From an uncultured Gammaproteobacteria bacterium (GTDB lineage Bacteria; Pseudomonadota; Gammaproteobacteria; Pseudomonadales; Oceanobacteraceae), in contig CAWKOX010000033.1 in assembly GCA_963851095.1 (NCBI GenBank), positions 179,312 through 243,311 of the forward strand: a DNA stretch of 64,000 bases. Direction: 5' to 3'. This document shows positions 17,895 to 27,039 of the stretch, one piece after another. Within the stretch, counting starts at the first letter, position 1, and each line of letters opens with the position of its first letter. The notes beneath the pieces were generated by a model. It saw only the letters and a program-made list of their open reading frames with translations. It did not search any database and was not told the origin of the DNA. The position numbers and the translations under genes are program-made.

Positions 17895-19145
17895 TTAAAG
17901 AGAGCGTCTAGGGTCTGCGATAATGTTAGCGAAGATTAATCCTGCGACCAGCGACATCAAAATCAAAAAAGACTGACTTCCAATTTGTTCAATGTGTAAA
18001 ATCTCCTTTCCAGAAATGACCGTATTCAACCCCATATACAGTTTACTGCCTGGAACTAATACCACGATGCCTTGCAATAAGACAATCGCGGCAGGTGCCT
18101 TACGCCAGCGAGCAAAGAGATTGGCGTAGATCCCTAAAAAAAGCGCGGCAAAGAAAATTCCTAATGCGCTACCAAAGTAAGCTGAAGCCACGATGCTCAC
18201 GCTATGACCTAAGAAGCCTGCCGCCACACCCCAAGGGGCGTCCTTTAAACGAATCTTGAACATCACCATCAATGAAAATGACAATACTAAAACCGCTAAC
18301 CAGCCGCTCCATTTAGGCAATCTAACCGCTTCTGCTTGCTCAACGTTCCCCAATAAAACACTGGCGATGGCGAAGCCTAAGAAGGCGCCAAAGTAGAGTT
18401 TGAATAGCGACATTAAAGCATCCATTACTCGCACCGTGCCGGATATTAAATCTCGAGCCGCCAGTTCAGATAAACCAACGGTTAAAGCCAAACCTGGAAT
18501 AAAGACAATGATACTGGCCAGTACCACTAAAGCCATATTAATACTGGGGGCAATAAAGGCGATGGCAGAGGCAGCAAAAGCAGCAAAAAGTGCAGCAAGA
18601 GGATCTAGAGCCGATTGTATTCTCGGGTGCTTTTCTCCAACCATGACTAAACCATAAATGCCAAGACCTATCGTGAAGGAAGCAATAACATCGGCCCAAC
18701 TCGTGCCCATCAACATACTGAAAGCTGCGCTGGCTAAACCAAAGGCGATGAAAATCACCCAACGAGGATAGGGGTTAGGCTTGTTGTTGATTTCTTCTAG
18801 GCGTAGAAGGGCATCATCAAGATCGCGCTGACCAGAGCATAACTCTTCCACCAATTCATCGGTTCGGGCCAACAGTCCTAAATCAAGATCGCCGGGTTGC
18901 ACGCGGGCAATATAACTGTGTTCTTGATTTTCACGATCGTCTTTTGGCCAAAAAACACAGGTGATCGACGTCGGGCTGATTAAGAAAGAGCCGCCTAGTT
19001 CAAGTGCTTCACTGATTTTAACCAAGTGGCCTTCTAGCTGATAAGCTGGCGTTCCGCATTGGTGTAATGTTTTAGCGAGATAAATTAAAAATTTACGGCG
19101 CTTCTTAAATAATTTTGTTGGCATGGCTTCGTGGTCGTTATTCAT
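17895..19145 (-). CDS. threonine/serine exporter (ThrE) family membrane protein (fused YjjP+YjjB-like halves)
   Basis: 416 aa. Cytoplasmic N-terminus ..LHQCGTPAYQLE..L..I...L then about 10 TM segments. The layout matches the DUF1212+DUF3815 ThrE family. Confidence 0.72.
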   Translation of the reverse strand: MNNDHEAMPTKLFKKRRKFLIYLAKTLHQCGTPAYQLEGHLVKISEALELGGSFLISPTSITCVFWPKDDRENQEHSYIARVQPGDLDLGLLARTDELVEELCSGQRDLDDALLRLEEINNKPNPYPRWVIFIAFGLASAAFSMLMGTSWADVIASFTIGLGIYGLVMVGEKHPRIQSALDPLAALFAAFAASAIAFIAPSINMALVVLASIIVFIPGLALTVGLSELAARDLISGTVRVMDALMSLFKLYFGAFLGFAIASVLLGNVEQAEAVRLPKWSGWLAVLVLSFSLMVMFKIRLKDAPWGVAAGFLGHSVSIVASAYFGSALGIFFAALFLGIYANLFARWRKAPAAIVLLQGIVVLVPGSKLYMGLNTVISGKEILHIEQIGSQSFLILMSLVAGLIFANIIADPRRSL

Positions 19146-19201
19146 CGCGGACTGCTATTACTTTAGCAGTAGAAATAAGTAGCTGAAAGAAAAACGGCCT
19201 G

Positions 19202-19729
19202 TTAAAAGAACAGGCCGGTTTCAAGTTGTGCTTCATCAGTCATCATATCTTTGTGCCAAGGTGGATCAAAGATCAACTGCACCTTCACCGATTCAACATT
19301 GGGTACCTTAGCAACGCGATATTCAACATCGCTAATCAATACTGGCCCCATGCCGCAAGTCGGCGCGGTTAACGTCATACGAATGATCACGTTTTTACCT
19401 TCGATATCGATGCCGTAAATTAAACCTAGGTCTAATAAATTCACCGGTAGCTCAGGGTCGAAAATAGTTTTCAGTGCCTGGCGAATTTGCTCTTCGTGAA
19501 CTAAACCATCACCTATATCTGTAAAGGTAATTTCTTCAGATTCAAGGCCAATTAATGCGGCATCGGTACCATCAACACGCACCATGTTACCGTTCAGCGT
19601 TAACGTATAATTACCGCCTAGCGCTTGAGTAATGGTTAAAAAAGATCCGGCTGGAATAATAGTCGGCTGGCCACTGGGTACTTTACGGGCAGGACAGTCC
19701 TGCTGGGAAACAACCATGCGTTTTTCCAC
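19202..19729 (-). CDS. sufT: SUF-system Fe-S assembly protein SufT (DUF59/MIP18 family)
   Basis: 175 aa. DUF59 core I..AL..I.DPELP.N..DLGLIY.I......V.I.MTLT.P.C. It is the last gene of the suf cluster. Confidence 0.75.
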   Translation of the reverse strand: MEKRMVVSQQDCPARKVPSGQPTIIPAGSFLTITQALGGNYTLTLNGNMVRVDGTDAALIGLESEEITFTDIGDGLVHEEQIRQALKTIFDPELPVNLLDLGLIYGIDIEGKNVIIRMTLTAPTCGMGPVLISDVEYRVAKVPNVESVKVQLIFDPPWHKDMMTDEAQLETGLFF

Positions 19730-19741
19730 GAGATTGCTCCT

Positions 19742-20113
19742 TTACACTGAAAATGATTCGCCGCAACCACACAGGTCTTTAGCGTTTGGGTTATTAAACT
19801 TGATGGTGCTGTTTAGGCCTTCAGTCGTGTAATCAACTTCTGTGCCTTTTACCATCGCAAGATATTCAGTGGGAACATACAGTGCAACATCGTCTGCCAC
19901 TTGAAAGCAGGTATCTTCTGCTAACGGCGTTGTTACAAACTCAATCTCGTATTTGAAACCCGAACAACCACTTTTTTTAACACCAATACGAACACCCATA
20001 GCATTGGAATTGGCTAACAGCTTACGCACATGAATCAAGGCCGACTCCGTCATACTGACTTGTTGGCTTTGTTGATTAATTGCTGCGTTTGGATCAAACG
20101 TTTCTATGGTCAT
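19742..20113 (-). CDS. sufA: Fe-S cluster A-type carrier (SufA/IscA family)
   Basis: 123 aa. GCSGF.Y and C-terminal CGCGESF motifs. Confidence 0.8.
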   Translation of the reverse strand: MTIETFDPNAAINQQSQQVSMTESALIHVRKLLANSNAMGVRIGVKKSGCSGFKYEIEFVTTPLAEDTCFQVADDVALYVPTEYLAMVKGTEVDYTTEGLNSTIKFNNPNAKDLCGCGESFSV

Positions 20114-20157
20114 AACTTATCTCTCAGGAAAATGTTGTCTCTTGTTATTACAATTAA

Positions 20158-21390
20158 CTAGAGTAAAAACATCTTCACTTTTTCAATCGCTTTGAACAGA
20201 GCGTCCACTTCATCTAATGTATTGTAGAAGGTAAACGACGCCCTTATTGTGCCTGGAATCTCAAACTGCTCCATCACTGGCATAGCACAGTGATGGCCGG
20301 TACGAACCGCGATGCCTTGCTGATCTAACAACGTACCCACATCGTGAGGATGCGTACCTTCAATTAAAAAGCTGAATACACTGGCTTTGTTTTTACTGGT
20401 ACCAATTAAACGAATACCGTCTGTTTGAGCGGCCAATTCATTCGCGCGCGCAAGTAAGTCGTCTTCATGTTTGGCTAAGGCGACACGGTCTAGACTGTTT
20501 AAATAGTCAATCGCCGCGGCCATCGCGATAGCGCCTGCAATGTTTGGCGTGCCGGCTTCAAACTTATACGGCAAAACGTTATACGTCGTTTTTTCAAAGC
20601 TCACGTGCAAAATCATTTCGCCACCACCTTGATAAGGAGGCATCGCATTTAATAGTTCTTCTTTACCGTACAAAACCCCTAAGCCTGTTGGTCCAAATAA
20701 TTTGTGACCAGAGAATGCGTAAAAATCGCAGTCTAATGCTTGTACATCGATATCCCAATGAGCAACGGCTTGCGCACCATCGATCAGGGTTTTTGCACCG
20801 ACTTTATGGGCTTCGCGAATAATGTCTTCAACAGGGTTCAATGTTCCCAACGCATTCGACACATGCACCACTGCGACAAATTTTGTTTTGTCGCTGAGCA
20901 GTTTTAAATACGCGTCGTAATCTAAAGAGCCATCGTCTAGCACAGGAATAACTTTTAATAGTGCGCCTGTTTGCTCACAGACCATCTGCCAAGGCACGAT
21001 GTTAGAGTGATGCTCCATGCCGGAGATAATAATCTCATCGCCAGCTTTTACATTCGAACGAACCCAGGTTTGAGCAACTAGGTTAATCGATTCTGTGGTA
21101 CCGCGAGTCCAGATAATTTCTTCACTTTTGGCTGCGTTCAGAAATTTCTGCATCGTGGTGCGCGCATCTTCAAACATCTGCGTCGCTTGATCACTTAACG
21201 TATGAGCGCCGCGGTGCACGTTGGAATTCGTGGTGCGGTAATAATTAGCAATGGCATCGATAACCACTTGTGGTTTTTGCGTCGTCGCGCCGTTGTCTAA
21301 ATAGACTAATGGCTTACCGTTAACTTCCTGATGCAATACTGGGAAGTCAGCGCGAATTTGTTCGATGTCCATTTTTTTGCTATCGCTCAT
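20158..21390 (-). CDS. sufS: cysteine desulfurase SufS (class II)
   Basis: 410 aa. YLDN.ATTQKP, PLP-lysine motif FSGHK, and active-site RTGHHCA. Confidence 0.9.
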   Translation of the reverse strand: MSDSKKMDIEQIRADFPVLHQEVNGKPLVYLDNGATTQKPQVVIDAIANYYRTTNSNVHRGAHTLSDQATQMFEDARTTMQKFLNAAKSEEIIWTRGTTESINLVAQTWVRSNVKAGDEIIISGMEHHSNIVPWQMVCEQTGALLKVIPVLDDGSLDYDAYLKLLSDKTKFVAVVHVSNALGTLNPVEDIIREAHKVGAKTLIDGAQAVAHWDIDVQALDCDFYAFSGHKLFGPTGLGVLYGKEELLNAMPPYQGGGEMILHVSFEKTTYNVLPYKFEAGTPNIAGAIAMAAAIDYLNSLDRVALAKHEDDLLARANELAAQTDGIRLIGTSKNKASVFSFLIEGTHPHDVGTLLDQQGIAVRTGHHCAMPVMEQFEIPGTIRASFTFYNTLDEVDALFKAIEKVKMFLL

Positions 21391-21449
21391 ATTTTACTTC
21401 TTACCTTAAATAATTGTGTTTAATGATTTCTAAAACTAGGGAGTTTTCA

Positions 21450-21559
21450 GAATCAATGTTGGTGGTTTGTAGAGCAAATATCTAAAACATGGATGTTTTA
21501 GTTAAGGCTACAAGGATGTATTCACGCTGATTTGCGGAATAGACCACCAACATTGATTC
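21450..21559. repeat. nested inverted-repeat element in the sufD-sufS spacer
   Basis: Outer arms gaatcaatgttggtggt (21450-21466) and accaccaacattgattc (21543-21559) are exact reverse complements (17 bp). They enclose an inner 9-bp hairpin, ctaaaacat-gg-atgttttag (21482-21501). Confidence 0.75.
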
Positions 21560-21592
21560 GGTTTAAAAACCAAAAATCACAACTTAATATTT

Positions 21593-22936
21593 TTACCCAA
21601 TGTGCTGCATTAATTCTTCGTCACGACCAAAGCGTTGAGCTAAGATCGGACGAATCAAATTGCGAACAGCATCCAGTTCAAGGTTTTCTAATAATTCATT
21701 AATAAAACCAAAACTTAACATCACGTCAGCTTCTGCTGCGCTAATGCCGCGAGAGCGTAAATAGAAACGCGCCTGCTCGTCTAACTGAGCAATGGTTGCA
21801 CCGTGAGCACAACGCACATCGTCTGCATAAATCTCAAGCTCTGGCTTAGTATTAATCGTCGCATCGTTAGAGACTAATAAGTTTTTATTGCTTAACTCAG
21901 CCAATGTCTTCTGCGCATCTGGATGAATGTGAATGCGGCCGTTAAAGACAGCTTTCGACTTATCCGCCATGATGCCGCGGAATACTTCCTTCGTCGTGCA
22001 GTTAGCAACTTTGTGCTCAATGTTACTGTGAAAATCAATCAACTGCTTATTCTGAGGAAGATAAACACCGACCAACTCACAGTGACTGCCGCCGACATTA
22101 TGATTCACATTAATATCGTTGCGCACAATCTTAGCGCCTAGGCCAAGCTGGAAACTGTCGTAATTTGCATCACGATCAAGATCAACATGAACGCCACCAA
22201 TTTGAATGCTGCCTTCTTGCATTAACTGCAAACGGTAGTGATTCAAACGCGCATTCGGGCCAACTTTTGCTTCAGTAATCGCATTCACAAAACAATTTTG
22301 CTCATCGCTATTGCTGGCAAAATGTTCAACAACCGTTGCCTCAGCACCGGTTTCTAATACGATCAGAACACGTGCTTGAACGGTAAACGGATTAGCTTGC
22401 GCTGTGGTGATATGAGTAATTTGAATGTTTGTTTTCAAATTCTCATTTTTACCAACATGCACCAAAACACCCTCTGTCGTCGTTGCATTATTCAACGCCG
22501 CAAAAATGTGTTTCTCTTGCTCAATGGCCGTGCCTAAGTTATCTGCAATAATCGCTTGCTGTGCTTCGTTAGCTTGGCTAAAACGAACAACGTTGGTAGT
22601 GCTTTCATTAGAAGAAAACTCTTGAGAAGAAAGTTCTGCTGAAAACTGACCGTTAACAAATACTAAACGCTGAGCGTCTAACGCAGGAATTGTCGTGAGG
22701 GCATCTAAGCCAGCAGCATCATAAGATGCTGCTAAACGACCATAACCTGCTTCGTTTGAAGTAAAACCAAACAAAGAGGTAAACTTCCATGCTTCCGTTT
22801 TACGGGTTGGAATTTCCTGCTGTAAAAAACTTTCTTTACCGCTTTTATTTAAGGCAGCGATGGCTGAAAGTGATGAAGTCTCTTTGTTAAGATCGTCATC
22901 ATTAACGGCTAGCAGACCTTTATGAAAATCAGTCAT
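21593..22936 (-). CDS. sufD: Fe-S cluster assembly protein SufD
   Basis: 447 aa. C-terminal beta-helix region with ..ELEIYADDV.C.HGAT...LDE...FYL.SRGI is conserved in SufD. Sits between sufC and sufS. Confidence 0.9.
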   Translation of the reverse strand: MTDFHKGLLAVNDDDLNKETSSLSAIAALNKSGKESFLQQEIPTRKTEAWKFTSLFGFTSNEAGYGRLAASYDAAGLDALTTIPALDAQRLVFVNGQFSAELSSQEFSSNESTTNVVRFSQANEAQQAIIADNLGTAIEQEKHIFAALNNATTTEGVLVHVGKNENLKTNIQITHITTAQANPFTVQARVLIVLETGAEATVVEHFASNSDEQNCFVNAITEAKVGPNARLNHYRLQLMQEGSIQIGGVHVDLDRDANYDSFQLGLGAKIVRNDINVNHNVGGSHCELVGVYLPQNKQLIDFHSNIEHKVANCTTKEVFRGIMADKSKAVFNGRIHIHPDAQKTLAELSNKNLLVSNDATINTKPELEIYADDVRCAHGATIAQLDEQARFYLRSRGISAAEADVMLSFGFINELLENLELDAVRNLIRPILAQRFGRDEELMQHIG

Positions 22937-23697
22937 TAGCTAGCTCCGTTCTCAGCTGCGTCTTCTAACCAAGCGTAACCTTTTTCTTCTAGTTCAAGCG
23001 CTAGCTCTTTACCGCCAGACTTAACGATTTTACCGTTAGCAAGAACGTGAACAAAATCAGGTACGATGTAGTCTAATAAACGCTGATAGTGAGTGACGAT
23101 AATGAAGCTGCGGTTTGGATCGCGTAAGCTGTTAACGCCTTCTGCAACAACCTGCAATGCATCGATGTCTAAGCCTGAATCGGTTTCATCTAGGATGCAA
23201 AGCTTTGGCTCTAACAACATCATCTGCATGATCTCGTTACGCTTCTTCTCACCACCCGAGAAACCTTCGTTAACACCACGCTTCAAGAAGCTTTGGTCTA
23301 AATCAACCAATTTACATTTTGCGCGAGCTAGTTTCAAAAAGCTAACAGAATCTAAAGGCTCTTTACCTTGTGCCGCGCGAACAGAATCAACAGACGCTTT
23401 TAAAAATTCTAGGTTAGAAACACCTGGGATTTCAACAGGGTACTGAAACGCTAAGAACAAACCTAAACGTGCGCGTTCTTCAGGGTCTAGATCTAATAAA
23501 TCTTTACCTTCTAGTTCAGCACTGCCGCCGGTTACTTCATAGCCTTCACGGCCAGACAATACGTTGCCCAAAGTACTTTTACCGGCGCCGTTAGGGCCCA
23601 TGATCGCGTGAATTTCACCCGGTTTAATATCTAGGTTTAGGCCTTTTAGAATGTCTTTTTCTTCAACGTTTGCTTTTAAATCTTTGATCGTTAACAT
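22936..23697 (-). CDS. sufC: Fe-S cluster assembly ATPase SufC
   Basis: 253 aa. Walker [13 protein letters not shown] signature FSGGEKKR, Walker B ILDE.DSGLD. Confidence 0.95.
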   Translation of the reverse strand: MLTIKDLKANVEEKDILKGLNLDIKPGEIHAIMGPNGAGKSTLGNVLSGREGYEVTGGSAELEGKDLLDLDPEERARLGLFLAFQYPVEIPGVSNLEFLKASVDSVRAAQGKEPLDSVSFLKLARAKCKLVDLDQSFLKRGVNEGFSGGEKKRNEIMQMMLLEPKLCILDETDSGLDIDALQVVAEGVNSLRDPNRSFIIVTHYQRLLDYIVPDFVHVLANGKIVKSGGKELALELEEKGYAWLEDAAENGAS

Positions 23698-23850
23698 GTT
23701 GTATTTTCCTGAAATTTTTTAATTTGTTTTGTGGGGCAAACTAGTGGTTCATATCTTTTGTAATAACAGTGCGAAAAACAAAAACGCAAGATAGATATAT
23801 TAAAACCACATCCCTGTACGTCTGCCAGCCTGAGCATCCATGGCTCAGTC

Positions 23851-23896
23851 GTAATTCGGCAAACAAAGCGAAGCTTTGTAGCTCTTGCCGAATTAC
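23851..23896. repeat. nested hairpin overlapping the sufB stop codon, in the sufB-sufC spacer
   Basis: gtaattcggcaa (23851-23862) and ttgccgaattac (23885-23896) are exact complements. They enclose the inner hairpin acaaagc-gaa-gctttgt. Confidence 0.65.
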
Positions 23897-25359
23897 CCTA
23901 CTGATCCTTCTAGCGATACTTCTAATAACTTGCCGGCTTCTACGGCGAATTCCATTGGCAGTTCTTTAAATACTTCTTTGCAGAATCCGTTAACAATCAT
24001 AGAAACTGCTTTTTCAGTATCGATGCCACGCTGTTGGCATAAGAACAATTGCTCGTCAGAAACTTTTGACGTGGTTGCTTCGTGTTCTACAACAGCGCTT
24101 GGGTTTTTACTTTCTATATAAGGGAACGTATGAGCGCCACACTTATCACCAATTAATAGTGAATCACACTGGGTGTAGTTACGTGCGCCTGTTGCACCAG
24201 GGCCCATCTTAACTAAACCACGGTAAGAGTTTTGGCTCTTACCGGCCGAGATACCTTTAGTAATAATGGTCGACTTAGTGTTTTTACCTAAGTGGATCAT
24301 TTTTGTGCCGGTATCGGCTTCTTGGAAATTATTGGTTAACGCAACGCTGTAAAATTCGCCAACAGAGTTGTCGCCTTTTAAGACGCAGCTTGGGTATTTC
24401 CAAGTAATCGCTGACCCTGTTTCAACTTGTGTCCAAGAAATTTTGGCGTTGGTATGTGCGACGCCGCGTTTGGTTACGAAGTTGTAAATACCGCCTTTAC
24501 CTTCACTATCACCTGGGTACCAGTTTTGAACGGTCGAGTATTTGATTTCAGAATCATCATGAGCGACCAATTCTACTACCGCAGCGTGCAACTGATTGTC
24601 ATCACGCATTGGCGCGGTACAGCCTTCCAAATAGCTAACGTGAGAACCTTCGTCGGCAATAATCAGCGTGCGCTCGAATTGACCTGTTTTTTCTTCGTTA
24701 ATACGGAAGTAGGTCGATAATTCCATTGGGCAGCGAACACCTTTAGGAATATAGACAAACGAACCGTCACTGAATACTGCAGAGTTTAGTGCCGCATAAT
24801 AGTTGTCTTTTTGTGGAACGACAGAACCCATATACTTTTTAACCAGTTCTGGATGCTCATGAACGGCTTCTGAAATAGGCATGAAAATAACGCCAGCTTC
24901 ACTTAATGTTTTACGGAAGGTTGTTCCTAATGACACTGAGTCGAATACGATATCAACAGCAACACCAGCCAAAGCCGCTTGTTCGTGTACCGGTATGCCT
25001 AGCTTTTCGTAGGTTGCTAATAATTCAGGATCAACTTCGTCCAAGCTTTGTGGACGATCTTCCATGCTCTTTGGTTCTGAGTAATAAGAGACTTCTTGAA
25101 AATCAATGTCTAGATGTTGAACCTGCGCCCAATTGGGTGGCGTCATTTCTTTCCATACAGCAAACGCTTTCAAGCGCCATTCAAGCAACCACTCTGGCTC
25201 GCCTTTTTTGGCTGAAATAAAACGGACGGTATCTTCGTTTAGGCCAGGCGCTAATGTTGCAGATTCTACGTCGGTAATAAAACCAGCTTCGTATTCTCTG
25301 CCTATCTGGCGATCGATTTCTGCGTTATCAGTCATAGGAACGACTCTCATCTCTATCAT
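23893..25359 (-). CDS. sufB: Fe-S cluster assembly scaffold SufB
   Basis: 488 aa. Colinear with E. coli SufB as I recall it (..[24 protein letters not shown].., ..[30 protein letters not shown].., C-terminal ..LE.SVG). The start may instead be the ATG at 25335 (MTDNAE..). Confidence 0.95.
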   Translation of the reverse strand: MIEMRVVPMTDNAEIDRQIGREYEAGFITDVESATLAPGLNEDTVRFISAKKGEPEWLLEWRLKAFAVWKEMTPPNWAQVQHLDIDFQEVSYYSEPKSMEDRPQSLDEVDPELLATYEKLGIPVHEQAALAGVAVDIVFDSVSLGTTFRKTLSEAGVIFMPISEAVHEHPELVKKYMGSVVPQKDNYYAALNSAVFSDGSFVYIPKGVRCPMELSTYFRINEEKTGQFERTLIIADEGSHVSYLEGCTAPMRDDNQLHAAVVELVAHDDSEIKYSTVQNWYPGDSEGKGGIYNFVTKRGVAHTNAKISWTQVETGSAITWKYPSCVLKGDNSVGEFYSVALTNNFQEADTGTKMIHLGKNTKSTIITKGISAGKSQNSYRGLVKMGPGATGARNYTQCDSLLIGDKCGAHTFPYIESKNPSAVVEHEATTSKVSDEQLFLCQQRGIDTEKAVSMIVNGFCKEVFKELPMEFAVEAGKLLEVSLEGSVG

Positions 25360-25460
25360 CGTCTACGGCCATTTGGGAGCAACTATTATTCAATGGGCTG
25401 AAAAACAGTGGGCGGCCGTGATGTTGGTTTGTAATACCATACTAATTTGGTAGGGTATTT

Positions 25461-25487
25461 TAATCAATACCAATCTGGTATCGATTA
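25461..25487. promoter_or_regulatory. 27-bp near-perfect palindrome in the sufB / Rrf2 divergent promoter region (candidate Rrf2 operator)
   Basis: TAATCaATACCAatcTGGTATcGATTA. The core ATACCA-N3-TGGTAT (25467-25481) is perfect. It lies about 100 bp upstream of sufB and about 180 bp upstream of the Rrf2 gene. Confidence 0.4.
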
Positions 25488-25668
25488 GTAAATTATGGGG
25501 CGGTATTCTATCAAAGTGAGCAGTTTTTCACCAATCAAATTGATACTTCCTCCCTAGATAAGAATGGGTCGTATTTGGCCAATCGTATGTTAATGACAGG
25601 GTGGCATTTGAGAATTAATCGATAGCCTCTGATATGATGAAGCCTCTGTAAACTAAAGAACTCTTTAA

Positions 25669-26136
25669 ATGCTAAGAATTGGCAAATTAACCGATTATGG
25701 TTTGGTGGTATTAAACCAGCTAGCCCTTGCGGGTGCTGTTAAGCAATCAACCGATGATATTTCTCAGGCGACAGGCTTGACCGTTGCGACTGTGCGTAAG
25801 GTTATGAAAGCGATTGTGGATGCGGGTTTGGTTAATGCTCAGCGTGGTTCAAAAGGGGGTTATCGTATTGCTCTTGCGCCTGCTCAGATCAGTGTATTAG
25901 ACGTAGTGCAGGCTTTTGAAGGCCCCATTTCATTAACGGAATGCAGTGCGGACGATAATCAGTGTGAAATTACGGACTCTTGTTCGTTATCCAGTAACTG
26001 GACCGGTATTAACGACTTGCTTTTACGGGTTTTAGGGGATATCACCTTAGATGATATCCGCAACCCTGGGGTTCAAGATACCTTGCATCACCAGATAGTC
26101 GATCAGTTACAACGCATTCAGTTGGTTAATTTATAA
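25669..26136 (+). CDS. Rrf2-family transcriptional regulator (probable SUF / Fe-S regulator)
   Basis: 155 aa. N-terminal wHTH (LTDYGL..L..LA......S...I...TGL...TV.K....L....LV...RG..GGY.LA) and a three-Cys cluster-ligand pattern C-X6-C-X5-C (ECSADDNQCEITDSC). Confidence 0.85.
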   Translation: MLRIGKLTDYGLVVLNQLALAGAVKQSTDDISQATGLTVATVRKVMKAIVDAGLVNAQRGSKGGYRIALAPAQISVLDVVQAFEGPISLTECSADDNQCEITDSCSLSSNWTGINDLLLRVLGDITLDDIRNPGVQDTLHHQIVDQLQRIQLVNL

Positions 26137-26294
26137 ACTGAATTTATAAGCATTCACTATGACAAAAATGAGCACTAGTCGACAAAGTTGAGCTTAGGAA
26201 TTTGGATTGCTCTCAGAATGAGAACTAAGTTCGATTAGTTCTTTATCATTAGGGACATAATCACTCTACCCATTCAGCAAGAACTGAGACGATT

Positions 26295-26957
26295 ATGTAT
26301 CACTATCTATTATCACTCATCACTGCATTAATATTATCGATTGCCACTTTAACGGCATCTGCTGAACAGACTTCTACTGTTACAACCGGCTTTGAAGAAG
26401 AAAGTAAGCTTCAGGGCTATGGCGCGTTTACGAGCCTTAATAAAGATTGGATGTTGATGGCGTTATACGTTGACCCTGTTGACGAAGCTACAGGAACAGC
26501 TGCTCCACAACGACTAGAAATTAAAATATCGACTGAAAAATTCAGCCAGCGCCGCTTTCGCTCATTATGGTTAAATGCCTTAGCGATTGAGCATGGCGCG
26601 GAGAAAATGGCAGCCATGCAAGGTGAGCTGAATCAATTCTTTGATTTAATACAACAGCCGCTAACGTCTGGTGATATTTTAATTATTGAACGTACTCAAT
26701 TTGGTGATAATACGAGTAATGAAATCAAAATTAATTATCATACGCTGGCTAATTTATCCTCTGATTTTTTGCCGTTTATGGTGAAAAGCCTTGTGGGGCA
26801 GCATCCTCCGACTCAAGCATTGAAATCGGGCTTGATGGGCGAGGAAAGCTTGAGAGCACAAACCAATTTGAGCATTCGCTTCGATCGATTAGAGCCTACT
26901 TTACCTCGCATTGCAGAAGTCTCTCGCTGGCGTAAGCGTATTCTTGCGAGTAATTAA
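26295..26957 (+). CDS. hypothetical periplasmic protein
   Basis: Signal peptide ..LTASA/EQ. I cannot name a motif with confidence. Confidence 0.4.
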   Translation: MYHYLLSLITALILSIATLTASAEQTSTVTTGFEEESKLQGYGAFTSLNKDWMLMALYVDPVDEATGTAAPQRLEIKISTEKFSQRRFRSLWLNALAIEHGAEKMAAMQGELNQFFDLIQQPLTSGDILIIERTQFGDNTSNEIKINYHTLANLSSDFLPFMVKSLVGQHPPTQALKSGLMGEESLRAQTNLSIRFDRLEPTLPRIAEVSRWRKRILASN

Positions 26958-27039
26958 GCGCTATTTTATGAGTGTACGTTAGTGGCTTATTACTGAGCGA
27001 CTAACGTCATACGCCATTTAAATTGATATCAATTTAAGG

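Noticed and set aside
23093-23446. 117-aa plus-strand ORF inside sufC
   Set aside because: Antisense to the highly conserved ABC ATPase. No support.
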